Assembly (NCBI RefSeq): GCF_018350175.1
Contig: NC_058368.1
Span: 109,494,001-109,558,000, forward strand
Source of the DNA: Felis catus
Taxonomy: Eukaryota
DNA: 64,000 nt
Direction: 5' to 3'
Below are positions 53,409 to 64,000 of this stretch, one piece after another. The position numbers were made by a program, and so were the translations under genes. Each line of letters opens with the position of its first letter. Within the stretch, counting starts at the first letter, position 1. Under the pieces are notes generated by a model that did not search any database, was not told the origin of the DNA, and saw nothing but the letters and a program-made list of their open reading frames with translations.

Positions 53409-55138
53409 GCGCCCCGGCTGGTCGAATTCACCGACCTTCTGGCGCCGGCTCACACAGCACCGCTAAAAGTCTTAGCCTGTGGTGCCAGTGCTCTACATGT
53501 ATAGTGCACCTTCTTGCACCTTGAGGGAATAACGGTGTGGAAGGGGCATAAAAGGGAGAAAGAAGAAGACAGAGGCAAAACGGAAAGATGGGTGCAGGAG
53601 GTGTGGCCGCACTCTCCATCTGGTGAAGACAAGCACAGGAGCCTCATAACTCTCCGTGGAAAACCCCAGACAGAACCAAAGTGCAGTTAAACGGAACAAT
53701 GACAGGCACTGCTCCTCAAGCCCATCCCGGGCTGGAAGTGCTTTGTCTGAAGTACACAATTTCCGTTGGCCTGATGACTGTTAAGTGTTTTTCTAAGAGT
53801 ATCACAATGGGAGAATGCAGTGGGGACTCTACCGGCCAAGAGGCAGAAATAAGTAGATTCCATCCAGACTGTTTCAAAGCGAGCTGCCCTGCTAGGCAGA
53901 GGACTTTGGAGCGGAGGCCCCGCCCACAGTGTTCAAAGGAGAGAAGCAAAGCATAATGTTAGAACCCACAACTGCTTCAGCAGGAGCCCCATATGTTTTT
54001 TATAAAAAGGCACAATGTTAGCATTGTTCTATGCTCAATAGCCCGACTGTTATAACTAATGCTTTGTTATGAATACGACCATTTAAAATTCCCAACCAGT
54101 TGCACTTAGTGACAATACGCATCAGAAAACAAGCCCAGAAGCAGAGATTTCTCACTTTGGGGTCAGTTGGCTTTAAATACACATACACATGCCTTTTACT
54201 GTGCCCAGCTTCCAAAAATACACCGAACATTTGCATGAACTATGTTCTCAGCCCTGGCGTTTGCAGCTGCAAATACTAAAGCACATTCTCACATGTATAT
54301 CTGAGAACTTAACATTGATTCTGTGTACACAGGGCTGATGCGCAAATAGAGGGGAGTATGTGTCCTCTGTTTCGTTCCACACCAGCACCTTCCTCCCACT
54401 CCCAACCCCAAGGCACCCCCACCCCAGCCTCTCTAGCATACAAGCTCAGCTGCCTCTCCAGGTCCTCAGCCCCCACATTCTAGGTTTCCAGGGAGGGCCC
54501 TCATGCCTCACCTTCAACTTGAGGTAAGACCCAGCAAAAGAGACCTGGATTCGGCCAATCAGGCCTAGGCTTTTGTGGTAGTGACGCAGTCACCAGAACT
54601 GGGAAGGATTACTGGTGGCAACTGAGTTGAGGGCCCAGCATTCCCTTGGTCGCGACCGGTTTCAAGCCTGTATAGTCTTCCTAGGGATTCCCACACCTGA
54701 CTGATGCCCTCCAACAAATCCCTCTTTTGCTCTGCTCAGGCAAGGCTGGTGTCCATGGTCTGTAAACAAGATCCCTCCAGGTGACACACATTTCTCACAT
54801 CAATTATTATTAAGAGAAAGAAAGAAAAGACAAGTAAAAAGACCGTTTTTCATCTTAAATTTAAATGCTCCTCTAATTTGTCTCCTCTCCCTCCAACCAG
54901 CCTGGACTGAGTCTCTCATCACAAAAAGGGGAAATACTGCAGTTGTAAAAATCCATAAATTAATTACCAAATAATCCACAAGACTTGGGTAAGACCACAT
55001 AAAAACACTTAGAAGAATTCTGGGAAGACCCGGTCAGGGTCTTCCCCGCCCCAAGGGAAAAGCACCGAGTAAACAAGCGTCACCCCCAGTTATGTCGGTG
55101 AGGCGCAGAGAAATGCTCCCCACCCCCACTGCCTGTAA

Positions 55139-55471
55139 TTAGATGAGGGGCAGAGGGAAAGACGGTTTATCTGGAGAACGGGTCTCTGGGGGCAAGGTCA
55201 TCCTGGGAGGCAGGGGACGACGGCCAAGGTCGCTCCTGACGGCGTCCAGTTGGTCCTGAAGGAGCCGGACCCGCTCGTCTAGGCTGCGCTGCTGGGCCAG
55301 AACGGCGGCCTTGCCCGCCAGCAAGGCTCGATAGGCGCGCAGCTCCTCCGCGGGCAGGGCCTTCACCAGCACCTCCCGCAGGGCCCGCTCGCGCCGCGCC
55401 ACGTGCTCCTTCAGCTCCTTGGCGTCTTCCTGCTGCCGGTTCAGGAGACCGAGTCGCTGCAGCAGAGAGGC
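55139..55471 (-). CDS. SHROOM1: Shroom1 last coding exon (ASLLQRLGLLNRQQEDAKELKEHVARRE...PLPLI*)
   Basis: CTGCAG acceptor; EDAKELKEHVARRE ASD2 motif; TAA stop at 55139-55141; spliced total 2547 nt = 848 aa + stop. Confidence 0.94.
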   Translation of the reverse strand, partial: ASLLQRLGLLNRQQEDAKELKEHVARRERALREVLVKALPAEELRAYRALLAGKAAVLAQQRSLDERVRLLQDQLDAVRSDLGRRPLPPRMTLPPETRSPDKPSFPLPLI

Positions 55472-55590
55472 CTGCAGTCGCAGGGAGAGCGCGCCGTGAG
55501 CACGGAGATGGCGCCGTGGTTCCCAGGATGGTCCCAGAAGCCGGCAGGCCCCTCACCACCCCGCGCTCCCCCGGCCGGAACCCCTGTCAC

Positions 55591-55863
55591 CTGCTCGTCT
55601 GGGTCGCCGTCTGCGCCCTCCCGGGCCAGCGCGCGGCGCACGCGGGCCAGGCGAATGCCCAGCAGCAGCAGCAGGCCAAGCACGCGCTCTAGGTCGGCCA
55701 TGAACCTGCTGAACCGCTCTAGGTCGCGGGGGGCACAGGTCTGGCCCACCACGGCCTCCAGAGCAGCCCCGCGCCTGGCCCAATCCTGGGCCACCCGGTG
55801 CAGCCGCTCCTGTTCTGCCTGAAGGTCCCGCAGCATCTTTTGGAGGAGATTGGCTAGCTCCAT
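55591..55863 (-). CDS. SHROOM1: Shroom1 coding exon 6 (MELANLLQKMLRDL...FMADLERVLGLLLLLG...DPDEQ; ASD2)
   Basis: CTGCAG acceptor, CAG|GTGACA donor, 273 nt; ASD2 core motif. Confidence 0.94.
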
Positions 55864-55969
55864 CTGCAGGGAGGGCGTGGGTACTTAAAGGTGAGGCCAG
55901 ACTCTGAATTCTTAGCCCATACTCTGGGCTGTTGCCCCACCCAGTCTCCACCAACCCCTCCACACTCAC

Positions 55970-56105
55970 TTTCTTGGCTTCGATGCTGTTTGGATCAGGG
56001 AGACCCTGACCACAGGGTTGGTCAGGCACAGGGTGGGTGGTATGGTTTTCAGACCTCATCTCCTGAGAAGTTGGCGGGAGCTGGCTGGAGCTAAATAGAT
56101 AGCAC
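55970..56105 (-). CDS. SHROOM1: Shroom1 coding exon 5 (G-CYLFSSSQL...SIEAKK)
   Basis: CCCAG acceptor, AAA|GTGAGT donor, 136 nt. Confidence 0.9.
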
Positions 56106-56204
56106 CTGGGTACAAAACCAGAGCTCCCTGGGTTATCCTCCCTGCCACCCACCAGAGTGCAGGGACTTAGAATCCCCCTAGTCCCTAGTGCCCCCCACAC
56201 TCAC

Positions 56205-56771
56205 CCTGGCTCAGGAGTACCAGCAGCGTCCTTTCCAGCCTCCTCACCGGCTGGCCTCATCGCAGCCCAGACCTCAGCTAAAGGAATCAGCCCATCTAGC
56301 AGACCCAGGGGTGGCTCTGGACTGGGACAGGAAGTGAGTGTGTCACTCATAGAGGGATCCAGTCTGGCCAGCTCCTGAACCAGCTCCTCAAGGCGCAGAC
56401 TGTGCCATGTTGGCCTGGAAACAGGCTGGCCAGTGCCCCAAGCTAGGGCAGTACGGCCAGGAGCACCTGGGGTACTGTTGCCTGGAGGTTCCAGGACATC
56501 AACTGGAAGAGGTTTGAGGGGGTCTGTAGCTGCAAGTGGGTCAATGGTCAGCAGTCCAGTGGGGTTGAAGGTTGGAATGTCACCATTTGCAGTCCCAGGG
56601 GGGCTACAGCATGTAGTCCTGGTAATGCTCACAGAACCATTTATCCTCCGCCAGCTGTCATCTGCCCCTGCAGTCTCTGGGTGCTCATGGAGGGGGTGCT
56701 CTGGGGGGACTCCAGCTTGGTCAACCCCCTGGCCCAAGCCGGTTTCATACTGCTGGTCAGAGACATGGACA
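56205..56771 (-). CDS. SHROOM1: Shroom1 coding exon 4 (S-VHVSDQQ...LEELVQELARLDPS...; start of ASD2)
   Basis: CTTCCAG acceptor, GG|GTGAGT donor, 567 nt open. Confidence 0.92.
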
Positions 56772-56962
56772 CTGGAAGTGGAAGAAACAATGAGTAAGAA
56801 AAAACTCTGTCCAAAGACAAGCACTGGCCTCCAAGGGCCACCTGTCTCCATCCCCACAAGCCAGGCTGCCAGGCTAGAGAAGGTTCCATTCCCCTCTAGA
56901 ATTTTGTTGTTATGTGTGGGAAAGAGGTATCTCATTCAGCTTGGAAGCAAGAGGCAACTCAC

Positions 56963-57172
56963 CTGGTTGGGTTTCCTGTGGGCGCATGGGTGTCTGGAGG
57001 TGATCTCATTCTGACCAAGGGGACGTCTTCCAGGAAAACCTCATCATCAGGAAGGGAAGGGAGTCGGGCAGACCCAAGGCATGTCTCTGAGACCCTCTGT
57101 TCACGGTCTGCAGGACTGCTCTGGAGGCACTCGGCAGGACACAACACTGCAGCTTCCTTCTGAGTCAGGAAC
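56963..57172 (-). CDS. SHROOM1: Shroom1 coding exon 3 (FLTQKEAAVLCPAE...DDEVFLED...)
   Basis: CCTCCAG acceptor, AG|GTGAGT donor, 210 nt. Confidence 0.9.
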
Positions 57173-57401
57173 CTGGAGGAAGGGACCCCACACTGACTAC
57201 AGTGACCAGAAAGGAAGCTCTAGGTGCTGCACCAGAAGACACAGCAGGAGGTGGGGGGAATAGTAAGGGATGTCGTTTGTAAAAGACAAAATCAGAAGGC
57301 CCAAACTGAGGGTAGGTGATGGGCCCTCTCTTTTCTTGGACAAGAGCTATGAAAACTGCTTCTCTCCAACTTCTGGTCCCCTGGTGGTCCATGTCTCTCA
57401 C

Positions 57402-57457
57402 CTGGAAAGTTTGGTCTGAAACAACAGTCTGGGGGTTTCTGCTCCTTGGGGAGCAAC
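57402..57457 (-). CDS. SHROOM1: Shroom1 coding exon 2 (VAPQGAETPRLLFQTKLS-R)
   Basis: TTTCCAG acceptor, AG|GTGAG donor, 56 nt, phases compatible with neighbours. Confidence 0.9.
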
Positions 57458-57547
57458 CTGGAAAGGCAAACAGTTGCTTGAAATGTAGCTCAAGTTTTCA
57501 TTTTCCCAGATGTCCCCTACCCCAAGCCTGCAGCCTATCTTCCACAC

Positions 57548-58519
57548 CTGAACAACGGGCGTGACCCCTCCTGAACCTCCCCAGGGAGCCAAGACTTCGC
57601 CTGAAGCGCTCCGACTCCGTCTGGAAGGCCTATGGGCGTCACCGAACTTCAGGGACCGCGGTTCTGGATCCTCTGTGCCTCGAGGCTGCGTCTCAGGCAG
57701 CCATCTGATCTGGTGATCTTCCAACTCTGCCAGCACCCTGCGCTCCTGGGGCTCGGGCCCGGCAAAGCCAGAGCTGGAGCAGGCGTCACTCGAACATCCC
57801 CCCACAGATCCACCGCCTCGACCCACGCGATCCAGCTTCCCTGGCTCAGAGAAGCACCACTTCCGCTGCTGGGTGGCTAGGCGCCCCCGGCCGACTGGTC
57901 CCCGCGCAGGAGCCCCAGAGCGCCCCGGCTCCACTTCCCCGCCCGGATGGCTGAGCGAGGCGGAGCGCGGGTGCGCCGCGGGGGGCCGCGCGGGTGCAGC
58001 GGGCCGCAGGCGGGCGGGCAGGCTCATGCGGAGCTCCTTGCGCTGGAAGGACGTCTCCCGGAGCACTCGCCGTTGCGCGCCCTGCAGCCGCTGGCGGTAG
58101 GCAGCCCGCGAGGCCGGTGGGCTGGGCGGCTCGACGGCCCGCGCCTCCGCCTCCGCCTCGGCCGCCAGAGCAAACAGCAGCGGGGTGGCCTGCCGGCTGA
58201 GCGGCCCCGACGTTCCCTGGACCTCTGGGAGCCGCAGCCCACTGCGCGCGGCGGCCGCGGGCCGGGGCTGCGGGGACGCCCGAAGGCCGGCGGCGGGCGC
58301 GGCGGAGGCTGGGCCACCCCACACCACGCGCACGTAGTCCCAGTCTAGATAAGGGAGGAGGTCAGTTCCAGGCGACGGCGTGCGCGGCTCTGGAGCGCCG
58401 GAGGCCGCGGAGAAAGAGCTGTAGGCCGAGTCGGCGCGCGCGGACAGCCGCCGCAGGTCCAGGCTGCGAGTGGACGAGGCTGGGGAGGCGCGGTCGCCCC
58501 CAGGCCCCAGGGCCTCCAT
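57548..58519 (-). CDS. SHROOM1: Shroom1 coding exon 1 (MEALGPGGDRASPASS...; ASD1 domain); exon begins with 5'UTR at about 58556
   Basis: gccATGG start; RADSAYSSFS, YRQRLQGAQRRVLRETSF and KWCFSEPGKLDRVG Shroom motifs; CAG|GTGTGG donor; TTCTTCCAG acceptor ending at 58557. Confidence 0.95.
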
Positions 58520-61500
58520 GGCTCACAGGTGAGTGCTTAGACCAGCTCCGTGGATCCTGGAAGAACACAGATGGCGCCGTGGGGGAGGAGCCGGGAAAGG
58601 CTGGCCACTCCAACAGGGACAGCCAGGTGCTTACACATCCCCTCTTTGGTCACAGGATCTTTAGTGCTGCCATTTCCCGGGTCAGGGATGGCATAGGCGG
58701 TGGGGCCAGCCCCTGGGAGCGGAATTTGAGGGCCTTAACTATTCTCCCTTAGCTCAGGGGAAGGAATTGGCAACTGGCCCATTCCCTCCTGGGGTTCTCC
58801 TGGCCCGTAGCCCGCCTTTACCCTGGCACCTCCTGGAGCGCTGAGAATGTACCCATATTCCTTCCCCCCCCAACCCAGTCCCACCCAGGCTGCTTCCTGC
58901 CAGCTTTGTTAGCTTCTCCATGTGATCTTTCCCTGATAAACAATGGTCAAGAACGTTCTGAGATCACAGGGGAGCCAAGAAAGGAGGGGGGGGGGGAGAC
59001 CCAGGTCAGGTGGTAGGGACAGCTTCACAGCCTCCCTTCCTCCTCTGTGTCAGTTATGTTCCCAGTGCTTTATATAAATATTTATCTTGATCCTTATAAC
59101 TGCTATCTGCGTTTTACAGATGAGGACATGGAGGTTTTTAGGGGGAAATGATTTGCCCAGGGGCACATGGCTGGTAAGAAGCAGAGCCCGGCCTGGAATT
59201 TGGGCCTGCCTCCAAGCTTACTGCAGCCAGAATCAATTTCCTAGAAGCAAACCCTGCTGAAAGTCAGTTTACCCTCACACCACCCCCCCAACTGCCTGAG
59301 TCCTCCAACAAAGCCCAAACTCCACTGTGGGAAACAGTCACCCTCACCTCCTCTCAAAATACTGGCAGATTCCAGAATAATATGGTCTCTGCTTTGGAGC
59401 CTCACACCCCAGACTTTGTCCTGCTACTCCTCCTACTGGGACCAGCTTAAAGGTCTCCAGACCTTTTGGGACCGCCTACGGTGTCCTGAGCTTCCCCCCA
59501 ACACAGCACTCATCACCCTATGTAATTGTTGGCTTACTTGCAATTCTGATTCCCTCTTCCCATTCCAACCCCTGAGCTTCCAGAGAACAGGCTCTGCACT
59601 TACTCATCTCTGTCCCCTCAGTGCCTGGCATGAAGTCGATGTTAAAGAAATAGTTGTTGAATGGCACGGAAAGGAGTAGATTTGCAATGAGTGCATGGAG
59701 GGTGGCTTTGGTGGAGAAGGAAGAGAGGTCCTTTGCTTCTGCCCACTCTTCTCTCCCTAGTTGTCTTTTCTGGTGAATGGGGACAGAATGAATGAGGCAA
59801 CTGCCACTGCCCAGGTTTCTCATGCATTATCAGGAGCAAAAAGAGCAGGCAAGCACAGGTGCAGCAGGAGAGGCCAGAAATCAGTACCTCCCCAGGGCCA
59901 AGAAGAGAGAGTGGGGAGGAGTTGCATTGAGTGGGAGTGCATCGAGTCTTGGGAAACTGAGGTTCCATAAGGGCTCTGGAGACTTTGGGGAGGGGAAGGG
60001 CTTGCTTTGCCTGAGCTGGCTTGGTAAGGGGTGCAGAGGAGGGTGACTGGCAGCTGGAGCGGGTACTGAAAAGCAGACTTATTTGAGCTGCCTAAACTGG
60101 AACTCATGGTCACCCTTCACCCCCTTCCCCAAGGCCCCAGATGCTACAGAGTGCAGGTCACAGGCAGAAGGGGCAGTTAGGAGTGAGGATACAGTGTTTC
60201 CTAGAAGGCAGAGGCAGTACCTGCAACATTCTCAGGAGTGGCTGTCAGCTGACCTGGGACCAGAGCATCTTGAGATTGCTGACTTGGAGGCATCTTTATG
60301 CCCACTAAGACCAGCCCAGCAGGTTGGTCCTCACACTCAGGTTTGGGGGCCTCTTTTGCAGAGTGTTTCCACTCTCTGGACTTGAGGAAGACCAGAAGCC
60401 ACTCTGAGTAGCAGCTCCGGTGAGGACAGTTACCTCCTCTAGGAAACCCACCCTAGGCACCTGGACACTAGCCCTCTCTCTTCCTATTCTGATTCCAGCT
60501 TGGGAGTATTGTTTCCTCTGACTCATGCTACCTATGTCTGTCCACTGTTGGCTTCCTGCATCTATAGGCAAGTGACTGTTCGGATATAAAAAAGGTTCCT
60601 CCAAAAAGGCCTTGAAAATTTTATCTTATTTGTGAGTTATTGTGTTCACCGAGGATTCTGAGGTCACCAAATAAAAACAGCTTGAATGGATAAGAAAATA
60701 AAACTGTGTGCACATACGTTTGCTTTTTACCCTTAACTTGTCTTGAGGATACTTTTCTAACGGTGGCCCCAGGAGACTGATAACCATGCAGGATGCTCAC
60801 TGCTGTGCTATGAGGATGCAGCTCCTTTAGTGTGTTGTGGGGTCTCAACACACAAAGCAAGGAGTCTGCACACTTGATGGGCTGCAGGAGCCTCTTGCTG
60901 TCCAGCCAGCCACTGTGGCTGGGGGTGGCTGCACCCCTGGAGCCCTAGCACCGGCATTAGTGTCAGCTGGGGGCGGGGGCTGCAGAGCCAGTACCTACAT
61001 AGAAGTGAAGTCCAAAGCCTAGAGCTCAAGGAGCTCTTCAGGCCTTCTGCCAAGCCTCTCCAGAGCCAGGGGGTTGGGGTGGGGGGGGGGGCAGCATGGA
61101 ATCCTTGCTAGAAAACGGCCAGATGGGGGTCCAGCAGGTGGAGGTCACGTATACTCATCCTCTGAATGAAAGAGCAAGAGAGGAAAAGGAGACCAAGATG
61201 ACTTCAGTGTTCAGAGCTGGAGGCCTGGGAGGTAGAGGTGACAGTCTCAGGAAGGAAGAAGCTGGGATGGGGACTGGCCAGGGGTCCAGTGCTCATTCCG
61301 TCTGGGGCCTGTGGGCTTTATAGTGTCTGTGGCAAGTTTGGGAACTTTCTGGCTCCTCAAACCTCACCAATACAGGTAAGGTGACCAGAAGGGTAGACAA
61401 CCTCACATGATCAACGATGACCAGGAATTAAAGCACACTATCTCAAAGACCACCTCACATTTGACCTCTCTATGGAGAGGCTGTCCAGGCCACCCCTCTA

Positions 61501-61549
61501 GGATGGTTCTTCCCTCAGAACTAGGCTCACTGTGGGGACACTGCCTGCA

Positions 61550-62890
61550 CCCGCAGTGTCCCTGCCACAGTGAGCTTCTGGGTCCAGGGACGCGTCTTGA
61601 ATGCCAGCGCCCCAGATGTGGGGAAGTTCCGCGGGCTCTCCCATCCCCTGAGGGCCCTTTCTCCAGGCTGGTCCTCCCGGATGGTGCAGCCCGCGCAGCC
61701 TCCGCTCTCCGTCGCTCTAGCCCACATGGAGTCCCCAGAGACTCGAGCTCTGGGCCGCGCCGCGCGCAGAAAAGGCGGGATGCTGGCTGCACCCGGGGAG
61801 CGGAGGCCGCGGTCGTGGGCGGGCCACATACCTGGGGCTTCGAGCTCTGGAGAGTCGAGGCGGGAGAGAGGCGCAAGCCTGGCGACCACAGGGGGCGGCA
61901 GAGTCACGCGGTGTGGCGCGATAGCGGGACCCCGGGGATGCCGGGAGAGCCGATGGCCGCGGGCCGGCACATTTCGGGGCCTTTCCTGTGGAGTGCAGCG
62001 TTGGGGAAGGAGGGCTCAGACCCATGCGGGAGACTGCGGGAGCTTGGGCGAGGGGGGCCCGCATTGTTCCGCGACTCGGCGGCAGCAGGGCGGGAGCCGG
62101 GGGTCGCGGACAGAGACCCCGCTGCCTGCGCTGGCCACACGGCGCGCTCCCCCGGCAGCCTCAGTCTCTCGGTGTCTGCGTCCTCCCCGCCCGCTCAGCC
62201 AAAAGTACCCGCACGCAGGGCCCGACTCGACCCGCGCAGTCCAGACTAGGCGCGGGGCGAACACCTCCAGACTAACGACTCGCGGGTGCTCCGCGGCGCC
62301 CCAGCCCCACCCCCCAGCCCTCCCCGCCGCGGGGCGCGTCCTGCCCCCGCTGGGAAGGGGATCCCGCCGGTCGACCCCGCAGCGTACCTGAACTCCAGCC
62401 CGAGACGCGCTCCTGGGCGCCGGCGGCCGCGCGGTGACATCAGAGCCCCGGGCTCCGGCTCCCGACCCCACCTCCAGGCTCCGGCCGCCGCGGGGGAGGT
62501 GCCACGTCCGGCCACCGGGGGCGGGAGCGCGGAGTGGCGGCGCTGCCCCCGGGATCGCCCGCGCCCCGCCCCCCACCCCGTGGGGTCCGCTCTCCGGCCT
62601 TAGTCCCGGGCCCGGGGGTTGGACACTCGTTCCCCCGCCGGACACAAGCCTCCTACTCCCGGCCGGAGAAGCGGGAGAGGAGGAGGAGGAAGGGCGACCG
62701 CGGCCCTCGCCCGTCCGCCTCCAGCGCCGCCTGACCCGGCGGGCGTGTCTTCAGCGCCAGTGGTGCGCGGGCTCGGGCCCCTGGGGGTCCCGACAGCCCC
62801 CTCGGTAGGGAACCCCTGAGCGGGCCCCAAGGGCACCAGACGGCCACAATTCCTTTCAAGCTTCGCTGAGTAAACACATCGGCCCGAAGG
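61550..62890. promoter_or_regulatory. CpG island, probable SHROOM1 promoter and non-coding first exon
   Basis: Dense CpG and GC boxes 3-4 kb upstream of the SHROOM1 ATG; the ATG exon has its own acceptor, so upstream UTR exons must exist; minus-strand donor CAG|GTACGC at 62388/62387. Confidence 0.7.
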
Positions 62891-63635
62891 GCTGGTGTCT
62901 CTGTTCCTCTCCTGTGTGCAGTTCAGATGCTAAGTTACTCCTGGACCAATTCTCCCCCTCCACATCCTCCATTTCCAAAACTCGTCCAGCTCTTTGACTC
63001 CCACAGTAGGCTCTTATCTCCGATTTTTGCACGCCTTTTCTCCATTTCTCCTACCACCCGCATTAATCTAGGCCCTCTGGCCAGCCATCTGAACCACAGG
63101 GGGTGCATTGTGTATTCGCTACTGCTGCCTTCAGTGGGTCCGTTAGGAGCTGCATGTAAGCATGTCTCCTGTGGCTTGGATAGAGGTCACTCCAGCCTTG
63201 GAGTCTGGTTCTCAAGGTCTTTGCCTTTGGGGTTCTCCGGACTTCAGAGATGCTCTAAGTTCACTGCCAATAGCAGTGCTTTCCTCCCTGCTAGACCTCA
63301 GCCTTCCTTGTCCCTACTTCACAAACCTCTATCCTGTGACTACTGGCTCTGCCAAGAAATGCTCCATCCCTAGAAAGGACTAAGGGGCCCTTTGCTGAGC
63401 ACTTTCAGTTCTCCAGTGCCTGAGGGCAGGGACTGTGTCCCCCATCCTGGCATCCTTGAATGATAAGTTTTGCTGGTGGCAATAGCAAGGACCCAGAATT
63501 CAGACCAAGGATCAAAGCTACCACTTTCTGGTGGCACTGGGAAACTGAGGAACTCTGTCTGCTTGGATCTTCTAGGGAATGGAGACAACAGACACCTGAG
63601 CCTGGCTTCTCATTGTGCCCTCCTGTCTCTGCTCC

Positions 63636-64000
63636 TTTTTTTTTTTTTAAATGTTTATTTATTTTTGAGACAGAGAGAGACAGAGCATGAACAGGGGAGG
63701 GTCAGAGAGAGGGAGACACAGAATCTGAAACAGGCTCCAGGCTCTGAGCTGTCAACACAGAGCCCGATGCGGGGCTCGAACTCACGGACCGCGAGATCAT
63801 GACCTGAGCCGAAGTCGGCCGCTTAACCGACTGAGCCACCCAGGTGCCCCCCCCCTTTTTTTTTTAATGTTTATTTATTTTGATAGAGATTGAAAGGGAG
63901 AGCAGGAGCAGGGGAGAGAGGAAGAGAGAGACGCAGAGAAACCCAAGCAGGCTCTGCTCTGTCAGCACAGAGCCCAATGGTGGCCCAAACTCATGAACTG
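63636..64000 (-). mobile_element. Two antisense CAN-SINEs (63636-63850; 63857 to window edge)
   Basis: T tails and reverse SINE bodies. Confidence 0.9.

Noticed and set aside
61403..62877. 280-aa, 273-aa and 209-aa ORFs upstream of SHROOM1
   Set aside because: GC-rich island artefacts open in many frames; no domain similarity I can recognise

Overview
Mammalian genomic DNA, almost certainly a felid: about 37 carnivore tRNA-derived CAN-SINEs are present, several of the young feline SINEC_Fc type. The gene order matches human 5q31.1. It contains the 5' half of SEPTIN8 (minus strand, coding exons 1-4, continuing past the left edge) and a repeat-dense 31-kb divergent intergenic interval. It also holds the complete intronless SOWAHA/ANKRD43 CDS (plus, 569 aa) and the complete 7-coding-exon SHROOM1 CDS (minus, 848 aa by my splicing), with a CpG-island promoter near the right edge. 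Most short ORFs in the track are SINE- or GC-content artefacts. I see no convincing new protein-coding system. The best leads are splicing and regulatory: a GC-AG intron in SEPTIN8, two frame-preserving candidate cassette exons in SEPTIN8 intron 1, and an in-frame stop-free 90-nt SHROOM1 intron. Others are an orphan CpG-rich element with an RFX X-box and GC box beside a strong CTCF motif between the convergent SOWAHA/SHROOM1 3' ends, a triple AP-1 cluster, and a SINE-donated poly(A) signal in the SOWAHA 3'UTR. Gene and repeat family names are from recall, not database searches, and repeat boundaries are approximate.
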